From an uncultured Acidobacteriota bacterium (GTDB lineage Bacteria > Acidobacteriota > Thermoanaerobaculia > Gp7-AA8), in assembly GCA_963822445.1 (NCBI GenBank), contig CAWGHO010000003.1:832001-896000 (forward strand): DNA of 64,000 nucleotides, in the 5' to 3' direction. The position numbers were made by a program, and so were the translations under genes. How positions within the stretch are numbered: position 1 is the stretch's first letter; each line of letters begins with the position of its first letter. Positions 52,095-61,266 of this stretch are shown here, in pieces. The notes below the pieces were generated by a model that was not told where the DNA came from, ran no database searches, and worked only from the letters and a program-made list of their open reading frames with translations.

Positions 52095-53311
52095 ATGAAC
52101 GTCGACCACATCCGCGCCCAGTTTCCCGCTCTCGAACGCACGCCACAACGGCCATCCCGTCGCGTACTTCGATGCGCCCGGCGGGACGCAGGTGCCGCGC
52201 GTCGTCGCGGAGGCGATGACCGACTATCTCTTTCACCACAACGCCAACACGCACTGGGACTATCCGACCAGCGAGGAGACCGACGCGATCATCAGCGGAG
52301 CGCGAGAAGCCGCGGCGGATCTGCTCGGTGCGTCACCGGACGAGATCGCCTTCGGCGCGAACATGACCACGCTCACCTTCCACCTGGCCCGCGCCCTCGG
52401 CCGGATGTGGTCGGAAGGCGACGAGGTGATCGTGACCGAGCTCGATCATCACGCCAACGTCGCGCCGTGGCGCGCGCTGGAGATCGATCGCGGCATCGAG
52501 GTCCGTTCGCGCGAAGCTGAATTGCGATGGCGGGCAGCTCGATTACGACCACCTCGCGTCGCTGGTCTCGCCGCGGACGAAGCTCATCGCCGTGGGCGGG
52601 GCGTCGAATGCGATCGGAACGATCAACGACCTGCGGCGAGTCGCGCAGATCGCCAAAGCCGCGAACGCGCTGCTGTTCGTCGACGCCGTGCATCTCGTGC
52701 CTCACGAGCTCCTCGACGTGCGCGAGATCGGCTGCGACTTCCTGGCCTGCTCGTCGTACAAGTTCTACGGTCCGCACGAGGGCATCCTCTGGGGACGCTT
52801 CGAGCTACTCGACACCCTGCCGTTTCCGAAGCTGCTGCCGGCGCCGGACACCGCGCCGGAGCGGGTGGAGACGGGAACGCAGAACCACGAAGGCATCGCC
52901 GGAATCACAGCGACGATCGATTTCCTGGCGTCGATCGGCGGAGAGGGCGGCACACGACGCGAACGGCTCGGCCGCGCCTTCGCCGGACTTCACGAAGAAG
53001 GGCAGCGGTTCGCGGCGATGATCTGGGAAGGGCTCAGCGCGTTGCCGCGAGTCCGTGTCTACGGACCGCCTCCCGGTCAGCCGCGCACGCCGACGATCTC
53101 CTTCACGATCGACGGCATGCACGCCGATGACGTGGCCCGCGCGCTTGCCGCCGAAGGTCTGTTCGTGAGCAGCGGCGACTTCTACGCGGCGACTGTCTGC
53201 GAGCGGTACGCGGTGGAGAGTCTGGTGCGGGTCGGATGCGCCTGCTACACGACGGAAAACGACGTGCGCCGGCTCGTTGACGGTGTGGCGCGGATCGCAT
53301 CGGTGCAGTAG
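52095..53311 (+). CDS. Cysteine desulfurase-like protein (TIGR01976/VC1184-type class V PLP enzyme), two +1 frameshifts (about 52140, 52510)
   Basis: R.QFPAL, YFDAPGGTQVP, FGANMT, LDHHANV.PW, ASN..GT, VDAVH, CS.YKF.GPH, ETGT, GDFYA in place of GHHCA. Confidence 0.88.
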
Positions 53312-53323
53312 GATCGACCGGCA

Positions 53324-53935
53324 ATGGCGAAACGCAGACACGAAGAAGTACAGACCTCATCCTCCAAATCGGCGATGACGGGCATGGCCGTGGCCGGACT
53401 GGCCGTGGCGGGGCTCGTCATCTGGGCGCTGACCCGCACCGTGCAGCCCGCCCCGTCGGTCGCGGCGGACATCCCCATCGAACAGACCCAGACCCAGCCC
53501 GCGACGAATACGTTGCCGCCGCTCGAGGGCATGCCGAACCCGAATCAGGCCACCGCTTCGCCTGTCCAGGTCCCGCCGGTGTCCGACGAGAACGCGAGCG
53601 TGAAGCGCATCAGCGTCACTGAACTGCAGTCGAAGGTGAGCGCGAAGCAGGTCACGGTGATCGACGTGCGGGACAAGACGACGTTCATCGCCAGCCACAT
53701 CCCCGGCTCGCTGCACGTGCCGATGGCACAGATCGAGAGCCAGGTGACCTTCCTGCCGAAGGACAAGCCGATCGTCACGTACTGTACGTGACCCAATGAA
53801 GAATCGAGCGCCCGGGCGGCGCTCATCCTGCAGCGGTACGGCTTCACCAACGTTTCGGCTCTCGAAGGCGGATATGACGCGTGGCGCACGGTCGGTGCTC
53901 CGACCGCGCAAGGGGACCCGCCGCCGATTCCTTGA
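53324..53935 (+). CDS. Membrane-anchored rhodanese, candidate selenoprotein (UGA at 53789-53791 read as Sec)
   Basis: TM helix, Pro/Thr linker, IDVR...F...HIPGS, IVTYCT[TGA]PNEESSARAALILQRYGFTNVSALEGGYDAW; the rhodanese fold is complete only with readthrough to the TGA ending at 53935. Confidence 0.85.
53792..53830 (+). promoter_or_regulatory. Candidate bacterial SECIS element
   Basis: Perfect stem GAGCGCC (53806-12) / GGCGCTC (53818-24) with loop CGGGC, 21 nt between the UGA and the loop. Confidence 0.7.
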
Positions 53936-53936
53936 T

Positions 53937-54039
53937 TAGTAGGCAGTAGGCAGTGGGCAGTAGGCAGTGGACCGCCACCCACTCCCGTCGTGGTTGGGCG
54001 GCGGCCTCCTGCCTACTGCCCACTGCCTACTGCCCACTA
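53937..54039. repeat. Inverted heptamer arrays (CAGTRGG)x4-5 ... (CTGCCYA)x4
   Basis: Units at 53937-53970 and 54009-54039, filling the rhodanese-archease spacer. Confidence 0.9.
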
Positions 54040-54441
54040 ATGTTCGAGGTCATTCATCACACGGCCGACGTGCGGCTGCGCGTTTCCGCGGCCACGCTCG
54101 AGGAGCTTTTCCGCGATGCCGTCCGCGGGATGTACGCGGTCATGCGCGGCGAAGCTCGCGGCGGCGCACCCGTTCATCGCGTGATCGCCGTCGACGAATC
54201 AGCTGACACGACCGCGCTGCTGGTCGACTTTCTGAACGAGGTCCTCAATCGCGCGCAGATCGGGCAGGAGATGTTCGAGGACGTGCGCTTCACCCGATTC
54301 GAGCCGGAGTCGCTGACCGCGGAGCTGACTGGCACAGCGCCTGCGGAGTTCGAGGAGGATGTGAAGGCGGTGACGTACCACGAAGCAGACGTCTGTCGCG
54401 AGAACGGCGGATGGACGACGATGCTGGTGTTCGACTTATGA
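54040..54441 (+). CDS. Archease
   Basis: HTADV (N-term), LLVDFLNE, VKAVTYH, C-terminal FDL; ATGA overlap with rtcB. Confidence 0.93.
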   Translation: MFEVIHHTADVRLRVSAATLEELFRDAVRGMYAVMRGEARGGAPVHRVIAVDESADTTALLVDFLNEVLNRAQIGQEMFEDVRFTRFEPESLTAELTGTAPAEFEEDVKAVTYHEADVCRENGGWTTMLVFDL

Positions 54442-55826
54442 ACAAATCCAACCTCGAGAAAATCAACGACCATCTCTGGGAAGTGCCGAAGAGCTTCCGC
54501 GGCGACATGCGCGTTCCCGCTCGCGTGTACGCGACGGAACAGATGCTCGACGCGATCCTGCGCGACCGCTCGCTCGATCAGCTGGTCAACGTGGCCACGC
54601 TGCCGGGTATCCGCAAGTACGCGATCGCCATGCCGGACGTGCATGAAGGCTACGGCTTTCCGATCGGCGGCGTGGCGGCGGTGGACGCGCAGGACGGCGC
54701 GGTGTCGCCGGGCGGCATCGGCTACGACATCAACTGCGGCGTGCGACTTCTCCGATCGACGAAGACCTTCGACGAGATCCAGCCGCTGCTGCAGAAGCTC
54801 ACGCATTCCTTGGCGCGCGGCGTCCCGTCGGGCGTCGGCCGCGGCGGAAGCGTGCGGCTGAAGAAAGAGGATCTCGATCTGATCCTTCGCGATGGCGCCG
54901 CGCGCGCTGTGGCGATGGGATACGGCGATGCCGAGGATCTGAAGCACATCGAATCAGGCGGCCGTCTCGACGGCGCGGAGCCGAACGAAGTGTCGCAATC
55001 GGCACGCGAGCGCGGAGCCGACCAACTCGGAACGATCGGGTCAGGCAATCACTTCGTGGAGATCGATCGCGTGGACGAGGTGTACGACGTCGAGGAAGCC
55101 GAGCGTCTAGGCATCGTCCGCGGCGGCATCGTCATCCAGATCCACACCGGCTCCCGCGGCCTCGGCCACCAGGTCGCCACCGACTCTCTCCGCGTGATGA
55201 CCAAGACCATGGCCAAATACGGGATCGAGGTCGCCGATCGCGAGCTGGCCTGCGCGCCGCTCAGCTCGGGCGAAGGGAAGCAGTACTTGCGTGCGATGGC
55301 GGCCGCGGCGAATTTCGCATTCGCCAATCGGCAGCTGATCACCGCCGCGATCCGCCGCGCGTGGCTGCACGAGCTGACCGACGATCGCATCGACATCGTT
55401 TACGACGTCGCCCACAACGTCGCGAAGGTGGAGCGCTATCCCGATGTCGGCGAGGTGGTCGTGCACCGCAAAGGCGCGACGCGCGCATTTCCGAACCAGC
55501 CGGTGCTCATCCCCGGCAGCATGGGTACAGCCTCCTACCTCCTTCTCGGACAGGACGGCGCGATGAAACAGAGCTTCGGCTCGAGCTGCCACGGCGCGGG
55601 CCGGACGATGTCCCGAACGAAAGCGCGCACGGAGATCAATGCCGAGGAGTTGAAGGGGCGGCTGAAGAAGCTCGGGATCATCGCCGAGGCCGGATCGTCG
55701 AAGGGGCTCGTGGAAGAGGCGCCCGAGGCGTACAAGGACATCGATGCCGTGGTCGATGTCGTGGCCAAGGCCGGCATCGCGAAGAAGATCGCGAGGTTCA
55801 AGCCCGTGGCGGTGATCAAGGGGTAG
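54438..55826 (+). CDS. rtcB: RNA 3'-phosphate/5'-OH ligase RtcB
   Basis: MPD.H.GYGFPIG, DINCG, GNHF.E, H.GSRG, HN.AK, HRKGATR, PGSMG, SSCHGAGR, EEAP.AYKD. Confidence 0.97.
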   Translation: MNKSNLEKINDHLWEVPKSFRGDMRVPARVYATEQMLDAILRDRSLDQLVNVATLPGIRKYAIAMPDVHEGYGFPIGGVAAVDAQDGAVSPGGIGYDINCGVRLLRSTKTFDEIQPLLQKLTHSLARGVPSGVGRGGSVRLKKEDLDLILRDGAARAVAMGYGDAEDLKHIESGGRLDGAEPNEVSQSARERGADQLGTIGSGNHFVEIDRVDEVYDVEEAERLGIVRGGIVIQIHTGSRGLGHQVATDSLRVMTKTMAKYGIEVADRELACAPLSSGEGKQYLRAMAAAANFAFANRQLITAAIRRAWLHELTDDRIDIVYDVAHNVAKVERYPDVGEVVVHRKGATRAFPNQPVLIPGSMGTASYLLLGQDGAMKQSFGSSCHGAGRTMSRTKARTEINAEELKGRLKKLGIIAEAGSSKGLVEEAPEAYKDIDAVVDVVAKAGIAKKIARFKPVAVIKG

Positions 55827-55858
55827 TTGCGGGGTTACGGGGTTTCGGGGTTACGAGG
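55826..55858. repeat. Single-arm octamer array (GTTDCGRG)x4
   Basis: gttgcggg gttacggg gtttcggg gttacgag; same unit as 41486. Confidence 0.85.
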
Positions 55859-57386
55859 CTTTCTTCTTTTTTGCCGGTGCCGCCGGTTTTTCTGCCGCCG
55901 CAGGTGCAAGAGCGACGGCGATGAACTTCACGCTCGCGTTTTGCGCGGTCTTCGCCTTGTCGAGCAATGCCTTCGTGCGCGCTTCTTTCGGGAAACGCGT
56001 GGCTGCGGTTCGGACGAGGTGGGCCTGCACGACCGGCGTGCGGTCGTAAGTCGCATCGAATGCTTTGGCCATTCCGTCCAGTGCCGCGGGCGTGGTCAGG
56101 CGGGCGAGGGCGTATGCGGCGCTGGCGCGGACGGTCGGGCTGGAGTCGCCGAGGAGCGAGACCAGCGGAGCAACGGCGGACTCCTGATCGATCTTCGCCA
56201 GCGCCATTGCTCCGCGCGTGCGGGTGATCGTGCTGTAGTCGCCGGCGACGATCTTCTTGACCGTTTCCAGCTTCGACGCATCGCCGAGCTCGAGGAGGAC
56301 GACGTTGATCGTCGGCCAGAGCGGATCGTTCTCCGCGCGGCCTTCGAGCGCTTTGGTCAACACGTCGCGCGATTGTGCATCGCCACGGTGAAGAAACGCG
56401 CGAACGAGAACCGGCGCGGGATCGACGTCCGACTTCGTTTTCAGCAGACCTTTCAATGCGCTCTTCTTCTGTGGCGTGAGCTTCTGCGTCGCGTACTCGA
56501 ATCCGGCGGAGTCACCCGCCTCGATGAGCGTGACCGCGGCGAAGAGCTGGTTCGATCCCTTGAGTGCCGCGCGAAGCTGCTCGAGCGCCGTAGAGTCCTT
56601 GTACGTGAGCGCCAGACCACGCAGAGCGGCCTGCTTCACCTCTTCGGCCTTGCCGAGGCCTTTCGTCATCTTGCGGAGCGGCTCGATGGCGCGTCCGTCT
56701 TTCGCTCGCACGAGACCTTCGATCGCCGCCTCGTAGTAGATGTTGTTCAGCATTCCCTCGGTGCGCTTGATCAGTTCGGCCACGATCGCGTCGCGTTGCG
56801 CTTTCGGCGTCGCCTCATCGCCGGCGACATCGCCGAGGATCCGCAACGCCGCGTTCGTGACCTCGGACGGCTTGTCTTTCGCCAGCAACGCCATGAGGTG
56901 GGTCATCGCGTTTTCGGGATCGGAAAAAACGAGACCCGTCGCGCAACGGCCCTGCAGCGATTCGTACGGGAAGTTGTCGACGCAATTCCTGAAGAACGGC
57001 GCAACCTCGGCTTTGTATCCGGCTTTGAGCAGCACGAACGCGGCGTCGACCCACTCGCTCCAGACTTCGGCCGCCGCATCCGCGGTCGCGTCGCCGACGT
57101 CGCCGCCGAGGAGCGCGCCGGCGAGCGTCGCTACCTGCGCGGTCACTTTTTCCGACGGTTTGACGTCGACGGATTCCTTGAAGCCAGCGAGCTGCTGATC
57201 GAGGGCGAGCTTCTGCTGTTTCTGCGGCAGTTTCGCTTTCCCCTCGTCGAGGAGGAAGGAGACGAGCACCGGGTTGTACTCACCCTGGAGCGCTTTGCTG
57301 TCGAGGATGGTCTGGATCGAATCGGCCGCAAGGACGGGCCGGATGCCGAACAAGAGGACGACTGCCAGTGCCGCGATGCGCCGCAT
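55851..57386 (-). CDS. Secreted HEAT-repeat protein
   Basis: GGAGG RBS; signal peptide; AIEPL, AVAPLVSLLGD.S..VR.SAA.AL repeats. Confidence 0.8.
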   Translation of the reverse strand: MRRIAALAVVLLFGIRPVLAADSIQTILDSKALQGEYNPVLVSFLLDEGKAKLPQKQQKLALDQQLAGFKESVDVKPSEKVTAQVATLAGALLGGDVGDATADAAAEVWSEWVDAAFVLLKAGYKAEVAPFFRNCVDNFPYESLQGRCATGLVFSDPENAMTHLMALLAKDKPSEVTNAALRILGDVAGDEATPKAQRDAIVAELIKRTEGMLNNIYYEAAIEGLVRAKDGRAIEPLRKMTKGLGKAEEVKQAALRGLALTYKDSTALEQLRAALKGSNQLFAAVTLIEAGDSAGFEYATQKLTPQKKSALKGLLKTKSDVDPAPVLVRAFLHRGDAQSRDVLTKALEGRAENDPLWPTINVVLLELGDASKLETVKKIVAGDYSTITRTRGAMALAKIDQESAVAPLVSLLGDSSPTVRASAAYALARLTTPAALDGMAKAFDATYDRTPVVQAHLVRTAATRFPKEARTKALLDKAKTAQNASVKFIAVALAPAAAEKPAAPAKKKKAS

Positions 57387-57417
57387 ACTTCGCCTCCCTG
57401 ATTTCGAGGCGGAAATT

Positions 57418-58737
57418 CTAGCGCGTCGGGGCGGAAAGATGTCTCGCGAGATCCGCGGCCTGCTGCCGGATTTCCGGAATTGCAGTCGACTCCCACAGCG
57501 CCGGACGGCGGAGCGGGCCGAGGGTGAAGAGGCCATCGACGCGGGCGCCGTCGTAGCCGAGAAGTGCGCCGTCGTCGTCGGTCTCGAGGCCGAGCCCGAG
57601 CGGATCGGGACTCAGCCAGCCAGCCTGGCGCAACTGCACGACGAGCGGCAGCTCGACGCGCGCGTAATCGCTCGCCGGTCCCGTGCAGTTGATCACTCGC
57701 GCGAAGTTCATCGTGCGAGGCTCGCTCGTTCCGCGATCGCGCCAGGTGACTTCGACGCCTGCATTGGTCTGCCGCATTTCTTCGATCCGTCCCGCATGAA
57801 CGACCAGCGGTGTCTCACCCAGTCGCCGAGCAACCTCGGGAGCCATGCGATGACGATGAACATCCCAGACATTCTTCGCATGTCGCAGAAACGACGCGCG
57901 CTGGGCGATCGACCATCGCCGCCAGATCGTCGCGGTGAGCGGGCGAAGAGCGTCGATGACCGGGCGCCAATCGCCGCTGATCTGTTCGCGAATCCAGCGA
58001 AGCACGCGACGCGGCGAATCGACGTCGTCGGGAAGCGCGAGCGTCTGCGGCGTCGATGGCGCGTGCGTTTGCGGAAGGCGTCCGTGTCGCGACAGCGCGT
58101 GCAGCGTTCCGCGATGACCTTCCGCGCGCAGCGACAAGGCGATGTCGACCATCGTGAGGCCGGTGCCGATCAGCAGGACGTCGGCGTCGCGCTGCAATCC
58201 GACCGCAGCGCCGGGCGCCCAGGGATCGCGCAGGTATTGCGGCGGTCCGACATCCGTTCCGCCGCAAGGATCTGCGGGTGGAAGGTTGCCGAGGGCGAGG
58301 ACGACGGCGTTCGCGCGGATCGTGCGGCTGTCGTGCAGGTGAACGATCCAGTGATCGTCCTGACGGGTGATGCCGACCGCGGTACCGGCAATGCGCGCGA
58401 TCGATGACGGTCCGCCGTTCTGGAGAACATGCGCGAGGTACTCGCCGTACAGCGCCCGCGGCGCGAACGTGCCGCCGTCCGCCGCGGGAAAGAGCTGTTG
58501 CAGCCAGCGCAGGAAATGATCGGGATCATCCGTGAACGCGCTCATGCGCGCCGCGGGAACATTCAGCAGGTGCGCGCCGTACGGCGTTCCGTAGGCGAGT
58601 CCGCGTGCGGCGCGCGCGCCGGCTTCGACCAGAGCGATGCGCGCATCGGGCGGTGCGACGCTGCGCCAGTGCGCCGCGAGCAACGTGCCGCTTGCGCCGG
58701 CCCCGATGATGGCGGCCCGGTACTCCGGAACGCTCAT
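57418..58737 (-). CDS. FAD/NAD(P)-binding protein (YdhS-like)
   Basis: IIGAGASG, GLAY....HLLNVPA..MS, PR.LYGEYL, IGTGLTMVD, SRHG.LP, WDVHRHR, INCTGP, WESTAIPEIR.QA. Confidence 0.88.
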   Translation of the reverse strand: MSVPEYRAAIIGAGASGTLLAAHWRSVAPPDARIALVEAGARAARGLAYGTPYGAHLLNVPAARMSAFTDDPDHFLRWLQQLFPAADGGTFAPRALYGEYLAHVLQNGGPSSIARIAGTAVGITRQDDHWIVHLHDSRTIRANAVVLALGNLPPADPCGGTDVGPPQYLRDPWAPGAAVGLQRDADVLLIGTGLTMVDIALSLRAEGHRGTLHALSRHGRLPQTHAPSTPQTLALPDDVDSPRRVLRWIREQISGDWRPVIDALRPLTATIWRRWSIAQRASFLRHAKNVWDVHRHRMAPEVARRLGETPLVVHAGRIEEMRQTNAGVEVTWRDRGTSEPRTMNFARVINCTGPASDYARVELPLVVQLRQAGWLSPDPLGLGLETDDDGALLGYDGARVDGLFTLGPLRRPALWESTAIPEIRQQAADLARHLSAPTR

Positions 58738-60206
58738 CGCCGCGGCAGAACGACCACGAACGTCGCGCCTTTCCCCACGCCTTCACTCGCGGCGGAGACC
58801 GTGCCGCCGTGCATCTCGACGAGCTGCTTCACGATCGCCAGGCCGAGGCCGAGACCACCGTGCTGGCGCGACTCGGAGGTGCTCTGCTGGCTGAACCGAT
58901 CGAAGACCGACGGCAGGAACTCCGGCGGGATGCCGATGCCGGTATCGCTCACGGTCACCTTGAAGCGCTCGGACGTGCACTCCAGATGAATCCAGACGCG
59001 CCCGCCTTCCGGCGTGAACTTGATCGCGTTCGAGAGCAGGTTCCAGAGCACCTGATGCAGGCGGCCGCGATCCGCTTTCAGCATCGGATCTTCGCAGTCG
59101 ATGATGCGCTCGATGTCGATCTTCTTCGCGGCGGCGGTCGTCTCGACGAAGCGCATGGCCTCGTCGAGGACATTGATCACGTCGACGGTGTCGATGTGCA
59201 GCCGCAGCTTGCCGGTGATGGCCCGGGAGATGTCGATCAGGTCGTCGACGATGGCCGCCTGCGCTTTCGCGGCGAGCTCGATCTGTTCGACGGCGACGCG
59301 CAGCTCGGCGTCGATGTTCATCACCTTCATCAGCTGCGCCCAGCCGAGGATGGAGGTCATCGGCGTGCGCAGCTCGTGGGAGACCGTGGCCAGGAACTCA
59401 TCGCGGGCGCGGCTTGCGTCGCGAAGTGCGTTCTCCATCAGCTTGCGATCGGTGATGTCGTGCAGCGAGAGCACCGCGCCGGCCAGACGGCCCTCCTGCA
59501 TGATCGGCGTGGCCGAACAGATCAGGGAGATGCTCTGCCCGTTCTTGTGCAGCCATCGCTCTTCATGATCGGAAACGGTCTTGCCTTCGAAGAGGGTCTG
59601 GCTCAGCGGGCACTCGGCGGTGGGGTGGCTTTCGTGAACGGCGGTGTGGAGGTCTTTGCCGCGGAGCTCGTCTTCCGACCAGCCGAGGATTTCCGCGGCG
59701 GCGGGATTCATGTAGGTCAGGCGGCCGCTCGCGTCCATGAAGCAGAGCCCTTCCGCGACGTGGGTGGTGATGAGCCGGTTCAGCTGTTCGACGCGGCGGC
59801 GCTCGGTGTCGTCGATGGTCGTGCCGACGAGGCCCGGACGTCCGGCGATGTCGACGGAGCGTCCGCGGGAGGCGATCCAGTGCACCGAGCCGTCGGGCCA
59901 GATGGCGCGGTACTCGATCGCATACGACGCGCGGGTCTCGATCGCGTACTGGACGCGATCGTTGACCCGGTCGCGATCGTCGGGATGCATGAGCGCCCAG
60001 ATCGTGTCGATGGTGACCACGCGCGAGTCGAGAGGAATCCCGAGGTTGGCCTTGCAGCGGGGCGTGCAGTCGATGACGCCCGTCTCTACGTCGAGGTGCC
60101 AGAACCCGACGCAACCCGCGTCCGCGGCGAGGCGCAGCCAGGCCGGCTCGAGGGCTGTTGCGTAAGTCGGAATGGCGCGCTCGTGATGGACGGGGTCAAC
60201 GGTCAT
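58734..60206 (-). CDS. Cytoplasmic PAS-PAS sensor histidine kinase
   Basis: HPDDR PAS, second PAS, FLATVSHELRTP, NLLSNAIKFT, DTGIGI, GGLGLGL, GATF; start uncertain. Confidence 0.93.
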   Translation of the reverse strand: MTVDPVHHERAIPTYATALEPAWLRLAADAGCVGFWHLDVETGVIDCTPRCKANLGIPLDSRVVTIDTIWALMHPDDRDRVNDRVQYAIETRASYAIEYRAIWPDGSVHWIASRGRSVDIAGRPGLVGTTIDDTERRRVEQLNRLITTHVAEGLCFMDASGRLTYMNPAAAEILGWSEDELRGKDLHTAVHESHPTAECPLSQTLFEGKTVSDHEERWLHKNGQSISLICSATPIMQEGRLAGAVLSLHDITDRKLMENALRDASRARDEFLATVSHELRTPMTSILGWAQLMKVMNIDAELRVAVEQIELAAKAQAAIVDDLIDISRAITGKLRLHIDTVDVINVLDEAMRFVETTAAAKKIDIERIIDCEDPMLKADRGRLHQVLWNLLSNAIKFTPEGGRVWIHLECTSERFKVTVSDTGIGIPPEFLPSVFDRFSQQSTSESRQHGGLGLGLAIVKQLVEMHGGTVSAASEGVGKGATFVVVLPRR

Positions 60207-60315
60207 GCGAACCGGCATCGTCGCATCGCGAGTCGAGGCGGTCAAACACAGCCGTGAAAAGGGGAGGTCGAGAGCCGTCTCGCGGCGGCTCTCGAGTGGG
60301 TCATTCCTGATGGTG

Positions 60316-60774
60316 TCAGCCCTGCGGGCCGGCGGGTTGGCTGATCGCGACCGTGACGTAATTTCCGTCGCTGTTCTTGATCACGTACGCGGCGACCATG
60401 CCCTGCTGAAGCTGGACGTCGGTGGTGTACTGGCTGCCGTTGGCCGCCCACTGAAATCCGGCCGAGCCGCCCAGGAAGTTCGAGTTCGGATTGACCCGCG
60501 CCAGGGCCGCGTTCGTGAACACTCCGATCCAGTCGAAGGAGCTGACGATGTTTCCGCCGTAGGGCTGGTTGCTGGCGTTCCACGACAGCAATGCGAATCC
60601 GTTGCTGGACGAGATCGAGACGGCATACGTGGTCGTGCCCGCGCCGATCGGCGCAAGGGCAGCAGTATTCGACAGCGCCTCGATCCGTTCACTCTCCTGC
60701 GCGGCAAACAGGACCGCGGCCCCCTCCTGCGCGCGTCCACGCACACTGCTCTTGTCCTGAATGGGGATCGTCAT
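60316..60774 (-). CDS. Hypothetical protein (beta-rich, DWIGVF motif)
   Basis: AGGAGAGAGG RBS before ATG 60774; strong high-GC3 codon usage; no family recognised. Confidence 0.7.
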   Translation of the reverse strand: MTIPIQDKSSVRGRAQEGAAVLFAAQESERIEALSNTAALAPIGAGTTTYAVSISSSNGFALLSWNASNQPYGGNIVSSFDWIGVFTNAALARVNPNSNFLGGSAGFQWAANGSQYTTDVQLQQGMVAAYVIKNSDGNYVTVAISQPAGPQG

Positions 60775-61266
60775 GACCTCTCTCCTTGCGGGTCCTGCGA
60801 AACCAGACAGAGCGCAGCCACAGGCCGGGCCGAACCGGGTTACGTCCAACGCCGCTTTTCGAAGCGACACTGGCTACTGACTTCACGGTATGTGAGGAAA
60901 GAGTGGACCTGCAGCACTAGATATGTCGCAGCAATAGATACGGCAAGTGGTAATAACGGAGTGATTCCGATTGCTATCGGTTCTCACTTGATGGCTCTCC
61001 GTGGGCGCGCGGGCGCGTCACCATCCGGAGATGTCTCGACACTGGTTTCCCATCCGTCGTAGCGACCGCCGAGTTCTTCAGGATCAGTCAATGCTGGATC
61101 GTGAAACCGTTCGGGACCGCCCAGGCAGTGAACGCGTCGCGATCCGAGGAGGCAGGAAATACAACCAGTGGTCAATCCGATGTGTCACCGAACGATCGTC
61201 ACTCTGGTCTTTGAGAGCTGTACGCGGATCTTGGCCGCCGACCACATCCTCGATCCGTCCGCCGAG

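Noticed and set aside
47700-52520. Programmed ribosomal frameshifting in pheT, lysS and the desulfurase-like gene
   Set aside because: There are too many events, no slippery heptamers were seen, and all are +1 insertions; sequencing error is the simpler explanation.
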